A stretch of DNA of 62,699 bases, counting the filler, from Bonamia ostreae (Eukaryota): assembly GCA_040357525.1 (NCBI GenBank). It is 23 parts of 23 records of this genome, joined end to end, with 100 filler letters (N's around TTAATTAATTAA, not from the genome) between each part and the next. Parts side by side here need not be neighbours in the genome. Positions count along the whole stretch, not along the records: positions 35,619 to 38,244 come from JBDODL010000749.1; positions 38,345 to 40,967 come from JBDODL010000750.1; positions 41,068 to 43,689 come from JBDODL010000751.1; positions 43,790 to 46,407 come from JBDODL010000752.1; positions 46,508 to 49,125 come from JBDODL010000753.1; 18 more parts are not named here. One strand, written 5' to 3'. Below, piece by piece: positions 35,790 through 47,784 of the stretch; position 1 is the stretch's first letter, and every line of letters begins with the position of its first letter. The notes beneath the pieces were generated by a model, which did not search any database, was not told where the DNA came from, and worked only from the letters and a program-made list of their open reading frames with translations. Position numbers and translations under genes: made by a program.

Positions 35790-38244
35790 TTAATCATCTT
35801 CTCCCAATTCTACTGATTGGAAGAATTCTTTTAATTCGTTACTGATTTCATCGATAACATATCGTTTTATGTGGCCAACTTCGGAAGAATTGTTCCACTT
35901 CAATAACAAAAATCTACTTTTCGAATGTAAACTTAATTGCAAAATCGCCGCAAATCTGTTTGAAAGCAAATCAAAAATTTTCTTCAAAGGAGAAAAAGCA
36001 AAAGAAGAATTATGTTCGATGTCATGGAGTGCAGAACAGTTTTTTATCGCATCCAATGAATTCAATCGAAATCTAACATCAAAGTGCGAAGGTTCCGATT
36101 TGAATAAAGTCTTTAATGATTAACGAATTGAACCAACAGATTTAATTTTGTGGCGTCCTTTGATAAGAATCGTTCAGCGAAATCGAGAGAAGCCTTGCTG
36201 ATTGATTTTAGTCTTACGAAATCATATTTATTCATTTTTTGTGTGTAAAAATGCTCTCCCGCATAATCTGCGATATGGAAACAGAGAAACCGACCATCTT
36301 GATCAGTGGACTTGACCTTCTTCTTTAGTTCATCTATGGAGTGGATGATTGAATCTTCTATAATGAGCAAAGGAAGCTTGCGCCATTCATGAGAATGGAG
36401 AACCTCTAGAAAACAAAAGAAGGCTCTTTGCGGCGAAAAGTACTGCATTTCTTTGTGTTTTGATTTTTTGTAGCAGTATAGTACAAGTAGTTCAACAAAA
36501 GTGTCTTCCAAGTTAAATCCATGCATCGAAATCCACAACTTTGAAACAGCGACTGCTTTTTCAAAACTTTTCAAGCCGTCCGAATGTCTTTCGATAAAAC
36601 TGTGACACCGCTCTAACTGCCCGTCTTCAGATTCGTCCGACTGGAAAATCGCACTTATTCGAAACACAGCCGATCCGGTCCACACGTCAACGCCTTCTGG
36701 AACTCTTAGAACACTTTTTTCTGTTACTTTAAGACATTTCACTAAGTTTAGATAAATCGCTTTCAGCAATATAAAAGAATTTTCAGAGTGGGCAAATGGT
36801 GTCTCGAATCCATCTGAGAATTTCGTTTTCATGAAAACCAATTGAACTGGAATTGGTTCGTAGAGCCAAACGTCGTTTTTGATGTGATTCTCAAAATAAG
36901 TGTGGTCGACTCTTCGCACTTGAGATTAGTAAGTGAACAAGGATGAAGCAAATCAACTCTGTGGATTTTGTCCCTAAAATTATCGTCGGACTTTAAATGG
37001 CTGACAAGTTTTCGAAAGGATCTTTTTGCCCTGAGGGACGTAGACTTATGTTCAGAGACCAAATTATCAAAATTTTCAAATGGCATTTTGACTGCACATT
37101 TTGTCGTCGAAACGGCAAATCTAATTATTCGCTCAAAAATGCTGCGCCCTCCGCAGTCCAATTTGCGCAAGTCCACTGCCTCGACGATCGAGCCGTCTTT
37201 GTAGCGTCTCAAAGTCAAATATAAAACCGCACTGCGGAATGTTTCCCCCAGAGATCCCTGAATCGTCTGCTTTTGGCCTTCTCTTCGATAGAAGGTCCTT
37301 TTTCGATAAAGACGTGGGAAAGGTTGTTAAGACCTATTCCAATCATTAAAATCTTTCGAAAATTATCGAGGTCGAAGGAAAGACGTTCGGTTCTATTCCA
37401 CATTCTTTCGTAAATCCGGTTTATCAGATCGTTTAAAATCCGCCGGGAAAAATAATCTCGAAACCTAATTTTCACTATTTGGTCGAATTGACAAATCAAT
37501 GGCTCTTTCTTGAAGATTCCGTCGATAATGTTCTTGCGCGCGATATAGTCTCTATCAGAATCGATGAACCGCAAAATATCATTGCACCTGGTTATAAACT
37601 CGCGGTATTTTGAAGCGGAAACGGTCGCTGCGATGTTGAAGGCGCCTAAAGATAGTGATTAAAACTGAAGGGAGACAAGATCACGATCCCGTTTTCTTCG
37701 AGAAAATCAGCTGGATCTACTTTACTGCGTCCGTTTTCTCCGTCCTTGGGAAAAAGGATGAGACCTTGATCACGGGACGAAAGATCGTTGGAAGCCATGA
37801 ATTGCAATAGTTTTAAGAACACGTTGAACGCTGAACTTATTCTTCCTATTTTTTTGGAATAATAGAGGTGCGCCAAGACCATCGATAAGTGGAAAAAGCT
37901 GATTCCGTCTAGTTTGTCGTTTAAGTTTTGGGAGAACAGCCACTTTTTACAAAGAAAAGCAGCAGTTAATAAGTTCTTATTCTCTGCAAACGCGTCAAAA
38001 CGATATTGGAAGTGCCTGAAAATGTTCTTGTCTTCTTGGATTATGGCACAATGTTCGAAAACATTTTCGGTCTATTACGAAAATTTTTTAATTGGAATTT
38101 GTTTGGAGTTTAGGGCTAAAACCCCGACCTGAGACAATATCGTCTAGCGCAGATATTTGGGCTCAAAGTTTGGGTGTAACGTCACTCAAATTTGGAGTTC
38201 GAATGAAGCTACGTCTCCGTCTTTGCATAGTTAGTAAACAACAG
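35790..38244 (-). CDS. NOL6: Nrap/UTP22 nucleolar protein, 5'-partial, multi-exon
   Basis: KGPS..RFRDLWGKHSAVRRYKDGSIVEAV; SPQRAFFCFLEVLHSHEWRKLPL. Introns 37646-37665, 37208-37227, 36919-36938, 36111-36133. Confidence 0.88.
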
Positions 38245-38344
38245 NNNNNNNNNNNNNNNNNNNNNNNNNNNNNNNNNNNNNNNNNNNNTTAATTAATTAA
38301 NNNNNNNNNNNNNNNNNNNNNNNNNNNNNNNNNNNNNNNNNNNN

Positions 38345-39461
38345 CTACTAATGAACATAAAACATCCAAATGTTTCCCTCTGTTATCCCATCCACGATGA
38401 ACTGGATCTTCAGAGTGTTAATGACTCGAGCACACACTTCGCTGATCCCGAAAATGATCATGAGGATCTTGGGCCAAAACTCCGTCAGATTAGAATTCGA
38501 AGAAGTCGCTTGAAACATAAACGATGGGTAAACCAAGAAAGTCCCCAAGTACAGAACTAAAATAAAAAAGAAAACAGAAGTTAAGAAGAAAATATAACCA
38601 CTTCTTCTTCAACACAACTTTAAAACTCTCCATGATGCTCTGTTCCAATTTTGTCTCGTTTTTTTCGATTCCTCTCTAAAATTAAAATTTCAACCCTTTC
38701 TTCTTTTTTGGGTATTTTCTTTGAAGTGAAGTAGAAAATGATGACCGAGGCGAAATGAACGACAAGCGGTAAGATGAAGTAGTATATCATCCTAGTCTGC
38801 AGGTTTTTAACATAATATGGGAATGGCAGGAAGTACAGACCATACAAGAGGTTTGCAACGGACAGCCCCGTTATGTAGAATTGAACTGTCTGGTTCGAAA
38901 ACTCAGCTGCGAATCTTTGGAAAATCTATAAAGTAAATAAACGCGAAAATGGCTGTTTGAGAGACAGCGAAGCCGGCAGATGAAATTAGTAAGAACAAAA
39001 CTTCAATAAATAAATAAAAACTAGTGATCGCTAAGGCGGTATCTCTACCTAATTTCACTTTCATTGTAGGGATAAAAATCAACACCGCAGAAGAGATAAT
39101 TTGTGCCACTGCATTAATGTAGAAAATTTTGGAAATTGAGACAAATTTCATTAGAAGAGGAATAAACAACGCGAGCGCAACAACTGGGATAGAACCGACA
39201 TAATTGAACATAGTATAAATGTTATTTGAAAAGACATTTGTCCAAATGTCAGCAACTTAAAATTTTATCAAAATTAATTTTATTCGAAAGTTTTTAATTT
39301 TATATTTTGTCCTAAAATTTTATTAAAGTTAAAAATTAATTTTACAAATTTGTTGAATTAAAACCTGAAACAACCGTAGTGTAAGTGGTGATAATCTGGA
39401 GACCGATGAAGCCGATGTTGATTTTGACTGAAGGATGTATTTTCACCTTTTCCTTTGTCAT
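38345..39461 (-). CDS. Equilibrative nucleoside transporter-like protein, 3'-partial
   Basis: Multi-TM; AVSQTAIF..AAEF..VQFYITG; TFLVYPS..WPKILMIIFGISEVCAR resembles ENT TM7-8. Confidence 0.65.
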
Positions 39462-39656
39462 TTTACAAATCTGCGGAATAGATCAATTTATATGCTGAGT
39501 ATCTAATTTTTCAGACTTATCGAAACAAAAGAATTTAGCAAAAGAATTTTGGAAATACCGATATGAGAATTTTTCATAAATTCTGAAACAGAAATTATAA
39601 ATATTTTAATTTTTTTTAAATCTATGTACTAATAAACATAATATTGCCCACCAATA

Positions 39657-40839
39657 CACCCCGTGCCACTTTATTTACGCATATATATTTTTGCTTTAAG
39701 ATAACTAAAAGTTGGACATTTTTAAATTTTAATGTTTTTGAACGATATCAATTTTTTTAGAAGCCATGTTAGGCTGAAAATACAAATTTACGTATTTTTC
39801 AATATTTCGGCTAAATAAGCGTGCCACTTTATTATACCAACTTTTATAATAGTATGAAAAATAAGCATAAATTATTTTTGATAAAATTTACAGCTTAATT
39901 GCCTATTAAACACAAAATTTTAAAATTATTAAAAGTTACCACTTAAATTTATTTTTCCACTTTTTTTCAAAATGATTTCAATCATCAATTTTTATAGTTT
40001 TTTTTTAAAAAGGTTTTATCCAATTTCATCGAAATGGTGATAATGGCTTCCCATAACTCATCTTTGCCTGTGTAAGTTTTGTTGTCTGTTTCGAGAGCAG
40101 CCCAATAATTTTCGATTGGGTTAAGATCTTGTGAATTTGAGGCCAAACCATCAGTTTAATGCCGGAATCGTTTAAAAATGTTTTTTTTCGCAGAGTGTGA
40201 TGACCCATTATCTTGCATAAAAATCAACTTCGATTTCTCTTTTTCCTTCAAAAAATGAAAAAAGGACATAAAATTCATAGACAAAGAAGTGGTTTTCCAC
40301 CATCAGGGACTAGAAACGGTCCTAATATTTGATCGTCAATAATTTCGTCCAAATAATGATGCTGCTTCCCTGTTTTTGTCCCAGAAATTTTGTCGGACTG
40401 TTCTGGCCTTCAAGAACCCAACCCTTTTACCTTTTATGAAAGCGATCTAAAGATGCCTTGGACTCGTCAGTAAAGATTACATGTCTAAAATCTTGCTGGA
40501 GAAAAGTTTGAGCCCATTCCAACCTTAAATTTTTATGTTGAGCTTTAAGAACAGGAGATTTGATTTTTGCTATTTTTCATAAATTCGACATCTTGTTGAT
40601 TTGGGGATTTTCAAAAAAATTTATCTTCGAAAATCTCTTTGCTTGATAACAAAGTAGATTTTTTAAAAATATTTTTAATTTTTGACATGTGTTTTTTATT
40701 ATGTTTTCGAATGGCTCCAGTTTCATTTCTTTTTTTTTGCGATTTAAGAAGGGATTTTTTAATAATTTGGAAACAGTCTTTCTTATTAAAGCAAATATAT
40801 ATATATATATATATGCGTATAATAAAGTGGCACGAGGTG
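39657..40839 (-). mobile_element. Tc1-like DNA transposon, defective, with TIRs and TA target duplication
   Basis: TA|CACCCCGTGCCACTTTATT...AATAAAGTGGCACGAGGTG|TA. Broken transposase LRLEWA..VIFTDES, FMQDNG, QDLNPIENYW. Confidence 0.9.
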
Positions 40840-41323
40840 TATAAACATTCCTTATCGAATTTATAAAAAGCCTGTTCAAAATTCGTCCATTAGAAAATTT
40901 ATTTAGTCTATAAATGTTCATATTTTATTTATCTAAATTATTGTGTTAAGTAAATTTTATTTTTAATNNNNNNNNNNNNNNNNNNNNNNNNNNNNNNNNN
41001 NNNNNNNNNNNTTAATTAATTAANNNNNNNNNNNNNNNNNNNNNNNNNNNNNNNNNNNNNNNNNNNNAATAAAGAGATACCAAAATACCTTTGATAATTC
41101 TGACTTCTCATCAAATCTTATTCGCAAAATGTAAAATTAAATAACGACAAATTTATTTTAACTAGAACCAATTATTTCTCTTTTCAATAATTCTAAATTT
41201 GAAACGAAGTACGAATAATTGACAAAAATTACATTAATTTTATTGCAAGGATGTTTATTTTAATATTTATTTGAATAAAATCGATTTGCACATTTAAACT
41301 GCAGCAAATAAAATTAAAATTAA

Positions 41324-41985
41324 ATGAGAACAGATGGATTAATTTTGGCTGTTATAAGTTTAGTATTCGCTTTATTTGCGCTTTTATACGGAATAGCAGT
41401 TCACTTAAAAGAAAAAGACGAATCCATAAAAGAAGTTTTCATATTCTTCATTGCATTAAATTTGTTTGCTTCCTTTGGGATATGGATGAAAAAAGCGTTC
41501 AGTGGAGATTTGCCTTTTGAAGCAGAGCCAATTCTAATGTTTTTGCCAATTGTGGCACTCACTTTATTGTACTTGAATTGGATAAAGACTTTTAACTTTG
41601 CAGTCAATGTGTTTGTGCTCATCGCTTTCTTTGGATTGATCGTTGATATGATTTTGATAATCGTCCATTCTGACCCATTTTTCGTGGGAATGCACATTAT
41701 TCCAGTGATTTGTCTAGTTTACGTTGTAGCCAGAGTATACTACTCGGACAGAAATTTAAAAGGTTTGGATCGTTATCTACAAAACAAAAAGATTATTTGT
41801 TCAGATTTAATATTGCTTTGACATTTCAAATGATTACGTACGCGACATCCTGCGCCGTAAAAGTTTATGTCGACAAAGGGTCTTATAAAACGACGAATGT
41901 TGTTTCAGGGGGAATATTTCTTGCTACTAATGTTCCTATCTTATTGTCTTTTGTTGCCGCGGAGGTCACCAAAATAATGTATTAA
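41324..41985 (+). CDS. Orphan polytopic membrane protein (about 210 aa, 6-7 TM)
   Basis: Two hydrophobic ORFs joined by 29-nt intron 41763-41791. Confidence 0.65.
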
Positions 41986-42305
41986 AATAAAGTCAAAGAC
42001 GTACTCAATTTTTTGCCGTCAAAATATTTTCAAAATAATCAAAATTTTTTCGTCAAACAAATTTTTAAATTGAAATTACTTCTGTTAAAAATTACTTCTG
42101 TTAAGAAACAATTTTTAGCAAACAAAACATTTTAAAAATTTTGCAACCATTTTTGTTAAATCATTATCATTTTTATTATTAAAAAAATATTATCAAATTT
42201 CATTTTTGTTATAATCGATTTTTGCCATTTTAAATTACGATTTTTTGAATATTTGTACAAAACCATTTTAAATAATCGATTTTATGTTCAAAAAAATTGC
42301 AAAAT

Positions 42306-43587
42306 TTACATTAAAACACAACACCGGTTCGCCTTCTTTTGTAATCCCTTCGCCGCTTCCAACTCTTCATTCGCGTGAACGACGCGTTCTTTCGTCGCTA
42401 ACACATTCTCTTCGATCACTTGCAATTTCTCGTCTTGCAATTCCACCAAAATCGCCAAATCATTGAACATTCTGTTAATCTCCAAAACGCCTTCTTCGAT
42501 CTTCTTTATGTTTTCATATCTCTCTTCGATCTCTTCCACACGCTGCAACACGTCGTCGTGAACAACTTGCAATTGTTTTCTCAAGAAGGAGCCGGGATCG
42601 GGCGAATTGACGAGGTTTTCGAGTTGTTGATCGCTGAGATCTTTGTGGACGACTTTGGCGCGTCGTTTGATTTTGCTGCGCAGGGATTCCCGGAAGGCTT
42701 CGGAGGAGGTGTTGAATTGGCGTGTGACGGATTGGAATTCGGAGAGGTTGGTGTCGAGGATGTTTTTGAGGAGAGTGGTGGAGCCGTTTTGGGGTTCTTT
42801 CGCTATTTTGACGATTTTTTGGCGATGTTTTTTTATATAAAAATGAACAGATTTTGACGATTTTTTGGCGATGTTTATTTTTATAAAAATTAACAGATTT
42901 TGACGATTTTTTGGCGATGTTTTTTTATAAAAATGAACAGATTTTGACGATTTTTTGGCGATGTTTTTTATAAAAATGAACAGATTTTGACGATTTTTTG
43001 GCGATATTTTTTTATAAAAAAAATGAACAGATTTTGACGATTTTTTGGCGATGTTTTTTATAAAAATTAACAGATTTTGACGAAATTTTTATAAATTTTT
43101 TGGCAATTTTTTTTACAAAAACTACAAAATTTTAAATGATTTTTCGCAAATTTTTTGAAATCAGAAAACATTTGCTTTTTTCAAAGTTTTCTAATATTTT
43201 CTTTCCGTTAATTATTTTGTCGTTTGCTGTTTTCGCTTCCGTTCGAGATTCGCCAATTGTGACGTTCAATTCAGCAAAAATGTCTTCGTAAGGAATCCTT
43301 TCCTCGTTTGCTTGCGCTTCCAATTTTTTGATGTTTTTGGAGCATTCCTTTATTGCCAAAATGTTATCTCCAAAATCTTCAAAGCATTTCATAAATTGTC
43401 TCACTTCGTCGTTATTCTTTCAGTTTTGATAAATTTGAGAATTTTATTTTTGCAATTTGAACAAAAATTAAAAATTTATTTTTGATTAAATTTTAAAGCT
43501 CAAAACTTTTATTTTTTCGGACTTGGAACTTATATGGCTATCGGATTTCTGTTCGATATTTCTTAATTCATCGAGTCGAGATTGCAT
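42306..43587 (-). CDS. Syntaxin (Qa-SNARE, Syx1/SYP1-like) without a TM helix, ending CCVLM
   Basis: N-peptide MQSRLDEL; Habc helices; SNARE motif EIEERYENIKKIEEGVLEINRMFNDLAILVELQDEKLQVIEENV. Confidence 0.85.
42805..43095. repeat. Intronic minisatellite, about 42-45 bp x 6-7
   Basis: attttgacgattttttggcgatgtttttt(t)ataaaaatgaacag repeated inside syntaxin intron 42803-43169. Confidence 0.9.
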
Positions 43588-43789
43588 TTTCAATTTTTTG
43601 ATAGAATCGAAAGATCAAATTTTTATTGTTTCTGTTTATAGTTTTTCTGGCTAAAATTTATAAGAATTTAAATATAATTTATTTATTTANNNNNNNNNNN
43701 NNNNNNNNNNNNNNNNNNNNNNNNNNNNNNNNNTTAATTAATTAANNNNNNNNNNNNNNNNNNNNNNNNNNNNNNNNNNNNNNNNNNNN

Positions 43790-45001
43790 TTTGAGAAATC
43801 GAGACATTTTTCAAATATTCAAGAGCTTTCCCGTTTTCGGGCTTTACCGGATTTGGCTCGACCGCTTTTTCGTTTATTATTTTTATTTCTTTCGATTTAA
43901 TTATCAATTTCTTTTTCCTCGGAAGACTTTCTCGGACCGATTCACTATTCTCCATCTTTTTTAAAATTTGTCAGAAACAAGAGAAAACCAAATTTTTGAC
44001 GTCGACAGCTTTTTTGTGATACCGATCGAGAAGATGTCTGAACTTGAAAATTCTAATCGTTTCAGCCATTTCTCCCCAATATTCAAAATCCAAAACTTCG
44101 CCGCTTTCACCATTTTTCGCGTTTTCTATTTTTGTCTTTGTTTCTATTTCCAATTCGGTCAATTCGCTGTTAAAATTTTTGGAATTTTTGAAATTTTAAA
44201 TTTTTTTATTTTTGAAATTATTAAATTTTTTAATTTTTTGAAACGTCAAATTTTTGTTTTTTAGCAATTTTTTCAATTCTTTTTGGTTAAAATTGTTTTT
44301 GGACATGAAAAATTTTACAGTTTTTTCAATTATTTCCCAAAATTCTTTGTTTTCGTCCAATTCTAAAATTTCTTCGACTTCGTTTTTTATCTGTTTTAGC
44401 GTTTCCGGATTCCATTCGTTTTCTATTGTTTTGAACGGTTCGTCCAAAAACAATATTTTTTCTAGACGTTTCCTCAAATCTTTTATTTTGCAAAATTGAA
44501 GAAACGTTTGTTTTTTCTTCGTTTGGAAATCATTTCGACCAATTTGTCGATTTCCAAATGTTTCAACAGAAAATCGACGGAATTGAGCGCGAAAAGGACA
44601 TTTTTAAAAATAGTGTCGAAAGTGTTTTCGCGGCCATCTTTAATGCGGATTAAGGCTCGTTCTCGGACTTGTTCTTTGTGAAACTGTTCTTCTTTTTGGT
44701 TTAGGATGCCATAATTTTCTCTTTCCAGTTGTTTTTGGATGTCTTCTCTCATTTGGTCCATCGCCTCTTTTTCCTGTTGTCGCCTTTTTCTCAGAACTTT
44801 GACTTCAGAGATCTCTTTTTCGAGACTTTTCTCTCTTTTTCTCATTTTTTGTTTGACCATTTTTTTGAGCTCTTTTCCTTTTAGTTTCGGATTTTTCTTT
44901 TTCCACTTTTTCTTCCAAACGAATGGCGTTGATAAGTCGGTGTCGCCGAACCGGTTGTTTTTCAAATCGTGGCCGAAATACAGTTTTCTATCGGAATCCA
45001 T
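43790..45001 (-). CDS. CACTIN: Cactin (spliceosome C* factor), 3'-partial
   Basis: NNRFGDTDLSTPFVWKKK; KEEQFHKEQVRERALIRIKDGR. Confidence 0.88.
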
Positions 45002-45047
45002 TTTCCAATATATTTTAAGCCAAAGTAAAAGCACTGCGGCTTTTTTA

Positions 45048-46407
45048 ATGCAGTCTTTTCAGACACCCGAAACGCTATCAGCTTTGATACCAAGACGAAT
45101 TAAATTTGTTGCGCCGTCCGCCGTTAAACAGAGCGCGTTCACTAAAAGCAGTAAAAGCTTCTCGGATATTAATGTTTTACGATATAACAGTACTTTAGAA
45201 ATTGGATGACGAATGGAATTGGAAAAAGCGGTTTGGGATAAGATGCGGATTTCAGAATGCGGGCGCAACATGTTACCTCAACAGCGTGTTGCAGTGCCTC
45301 GTTTATACTGCGCCTTTATATAATTATCTCTATTCGAGAAAACACGAAAAAATTTGCCGAAGAAAAGGCTTTTGTTGGATGTGCTATATGTCTTCTGTTT
45401 CTTTTCATGTCCAAAAATCCAGTTTGTTGTTTCCAAAGCGGATTCTGCAGAACATCCGCGAGCTCAACAAGTTTTTCCGTGTTTCCGAGGAACAAGACGC
45501 GCACGAACTTTTTCTCTGTCTTTTAGACAAACTCTCATTAACTTCTAGTGCAACGACCAACTCGTTTTATTTTAAATTCGTTGTTACATTTTTAAGCTTG
45601 GCACGATATATTAGATTCGTAATGTCCGTAAATCCGCTTAATGTCATGTCGTTTTTTGTCGACTGTAGAAACATTTTCAGTTTGATTTGCGATAACCAAA
45701 CATTTACAATTATTATATTGTTATCGTTAATAACGATGCTCAAAGCATTATCAGTTTTGCAAATTAAACAATGCCCAAAAACTGAAATATATTTGATATC
45801 GTTGCACAATCTGCTCCACACTCAATTCAACGAAAACACACAAAACCAAATTAAAGCTCTTTTAAAAACATTATTATATCGAAAATAACTAAAATAAAAC
45901 TGCTAAAAGAAACAAACGAAAATTAGACCAAATAGATAAAAACTCTGTAATTTCCAAATTGTTTGCGGGTGAATTTAAGTCGGGGATTCTCTGCAAAACT
46001 TGCAAACAAATATCGAGATCGACCGAAAATTTCAACGATCTCAGTTTAGACATTAACAAAAGTGAATCTGTTGAAGAAGCCATTAAACATTATTTTAAAA
46101 TACTCAAATTATCCGAAGAAAACAAATATTTTTGCGAAAAGTTTTGACATTTTTACTAAAAGTTGCAAAAAGAAAGTATTCGCAAAGAAAAAAACTATTA
46201 TTTCAAGACCGCCAAACATACTCGTTCTCCATTTAAAGAGATTTTCCGTCAACGGAAATTCTGCCAGTTTTTTCAAAAACACAAAAAATGTGTCTTTAAA
46301 TAAATCCATTTCCATTGAAAAGTACACAGCGAAATCAATTAAAAACTCTGATGTTTTTAATAAATTAACCTCAAATTTTATATTAAAGTTTAATTAGATT
46401 TTTGTAC
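45048..46407 (+). CDS. Ubiquitin-specific protease (USP36/42-like), 3'-partial
   Basis: Cys box GFQNAGATCYLNSVLQCL, QDAHE, LFAG..CKTC, PNILVLHLKRF. Introns 45174-45198 and 45564-45909. Confidence 0.88.
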
Positions 46408-46507
46408 NNNNNNNNNNNNNNNNNNNNNNNNNNNNNNNNNNNNNNNNNNNNTTAATTAATTAANNNNNNNNNNNNNNNNNNNNNNNNNNNNNNNNNNNNN
46501 NNNNNNN

Positions 46508-46920
46508 TTTTAGTTTGTGAATCTCTGCTTTGCTCAGAAATCCAAGTAATTTTATCAGATTGCCGAGCATTGTGCTTTTTCCCGCGTCTACATGACCACA
46601 AGTTAAAATTGTAATTGGCGTTTTGTTGGTTTTAGAGGAATTTTTTCGAGATTTTACCAATTCAGTTTTTTCCAACTGGAATTTGTCGTAAGCCGATTGT
46701 GTAAACGGTTTCACAGAACTTGCCGTCTTTTCAATTGGCTGCTTTATGTTGCCATTTGGATTATCAAAATTCGGAAAGCCTTTTTTGTCAAACGCCATTT
46801 TGAACTTTTTTAAGCTCACTTGTTTTATGCTATTAACAAATTATGATATAAAAGAGGCAAAAAACATTTCGTTTTTAGTGATTTAGTCAACAAATCTTCA
46901 CAAAAAGAAGCGTCGTCCAT
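46508..46920 (-). CDS. HBS1L: HBS1-like translational GTPase, N-terminal part
   Basis: N-terminal extension followed by CGHVDAGKSTMLGNL. Confidence 0.7.
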
Positions 46921-46994
46921 TAAGCGGATACAATTTTTTTAATAAATTTGAACTATTTTAAGCGGAGAGATTTGATTAAATTTGCAAAAACAAT

Positions 46995-47590
46995 TTAATT
47001 TTCATCATCAAGCGATTTGCCAATCTTATTAAGTTTTCTAGACAAAATCTTTCTTTGAATCAATCCCATTTTTTTCGTACTCCTTTCATTCTCAAAATCA
47101 ATCGAATCCATGTTCAACAAAGTGCCTATAATTAAACTTTTGTTCGTCTCGTAGACCTCGCCGTTCAAAATGAATTCGTCCAAAACGTTGTACGCCTTCT
47201 TATTTTTTATGGAAACGGATTTGACGTTGTAGATAATATCGAGCTCGCAGACATTTCCAAAATAGTTGTCGAGCAGTTCGACGAAAAAATGGATCGTTTC
47301 CAGCGTCGAAAGTTCGTTGTCCTCGTAATCTGTGATGCAGACAAAGTAAAGAGACGCGTATCGTTTGTAAACGACTCTCAGATCTCGGTAGTCTACAAAA
47401 TTGCATCTGTTTAAAATAGCCTTTTAAACAGTTTGTCGTCTCTTGATAAGACGAGATTGTTGACTTCCTTTATGAAGCGTCTTTTGTCTTTAGAAGACAA
47501 TTTTGGGTCGTACCACCTTTTTAACCTTATTCTTCCTGCTCTACTAGTTAAGTAAATACACTGAATCTAATATTTAAAGCTCAAAACCAT
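46995..47590 (-). CDS. AP1S: AP-1 complex sigma subunit
   Basis: SRAGRIRLKRWY, VYKRYASLYF, DNELSTLETIH, YFGNVCELDIIYN, AYNVLDE. Introns 47567-47587, 47407-47429, 47196-47216. Confidence 0.88.
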
Positions 47591-47784
47591 TTCGAACTTT
47601 AGGTTGTGTTGGTATAGTAGATTTTAGCTTTTTTATTTGAAATGTTTTCATTCAAATTATTAATTTGGTTACGAGTAATTAATGTCTCGTTTAGATGCTC
47701 AAATTAATGTTTAAAAAATTGGAGAAGCGTAAATTAATGTTTAGAATGTCTAAAATTTAGCAATATCTAAAATTTTAGCATTAA

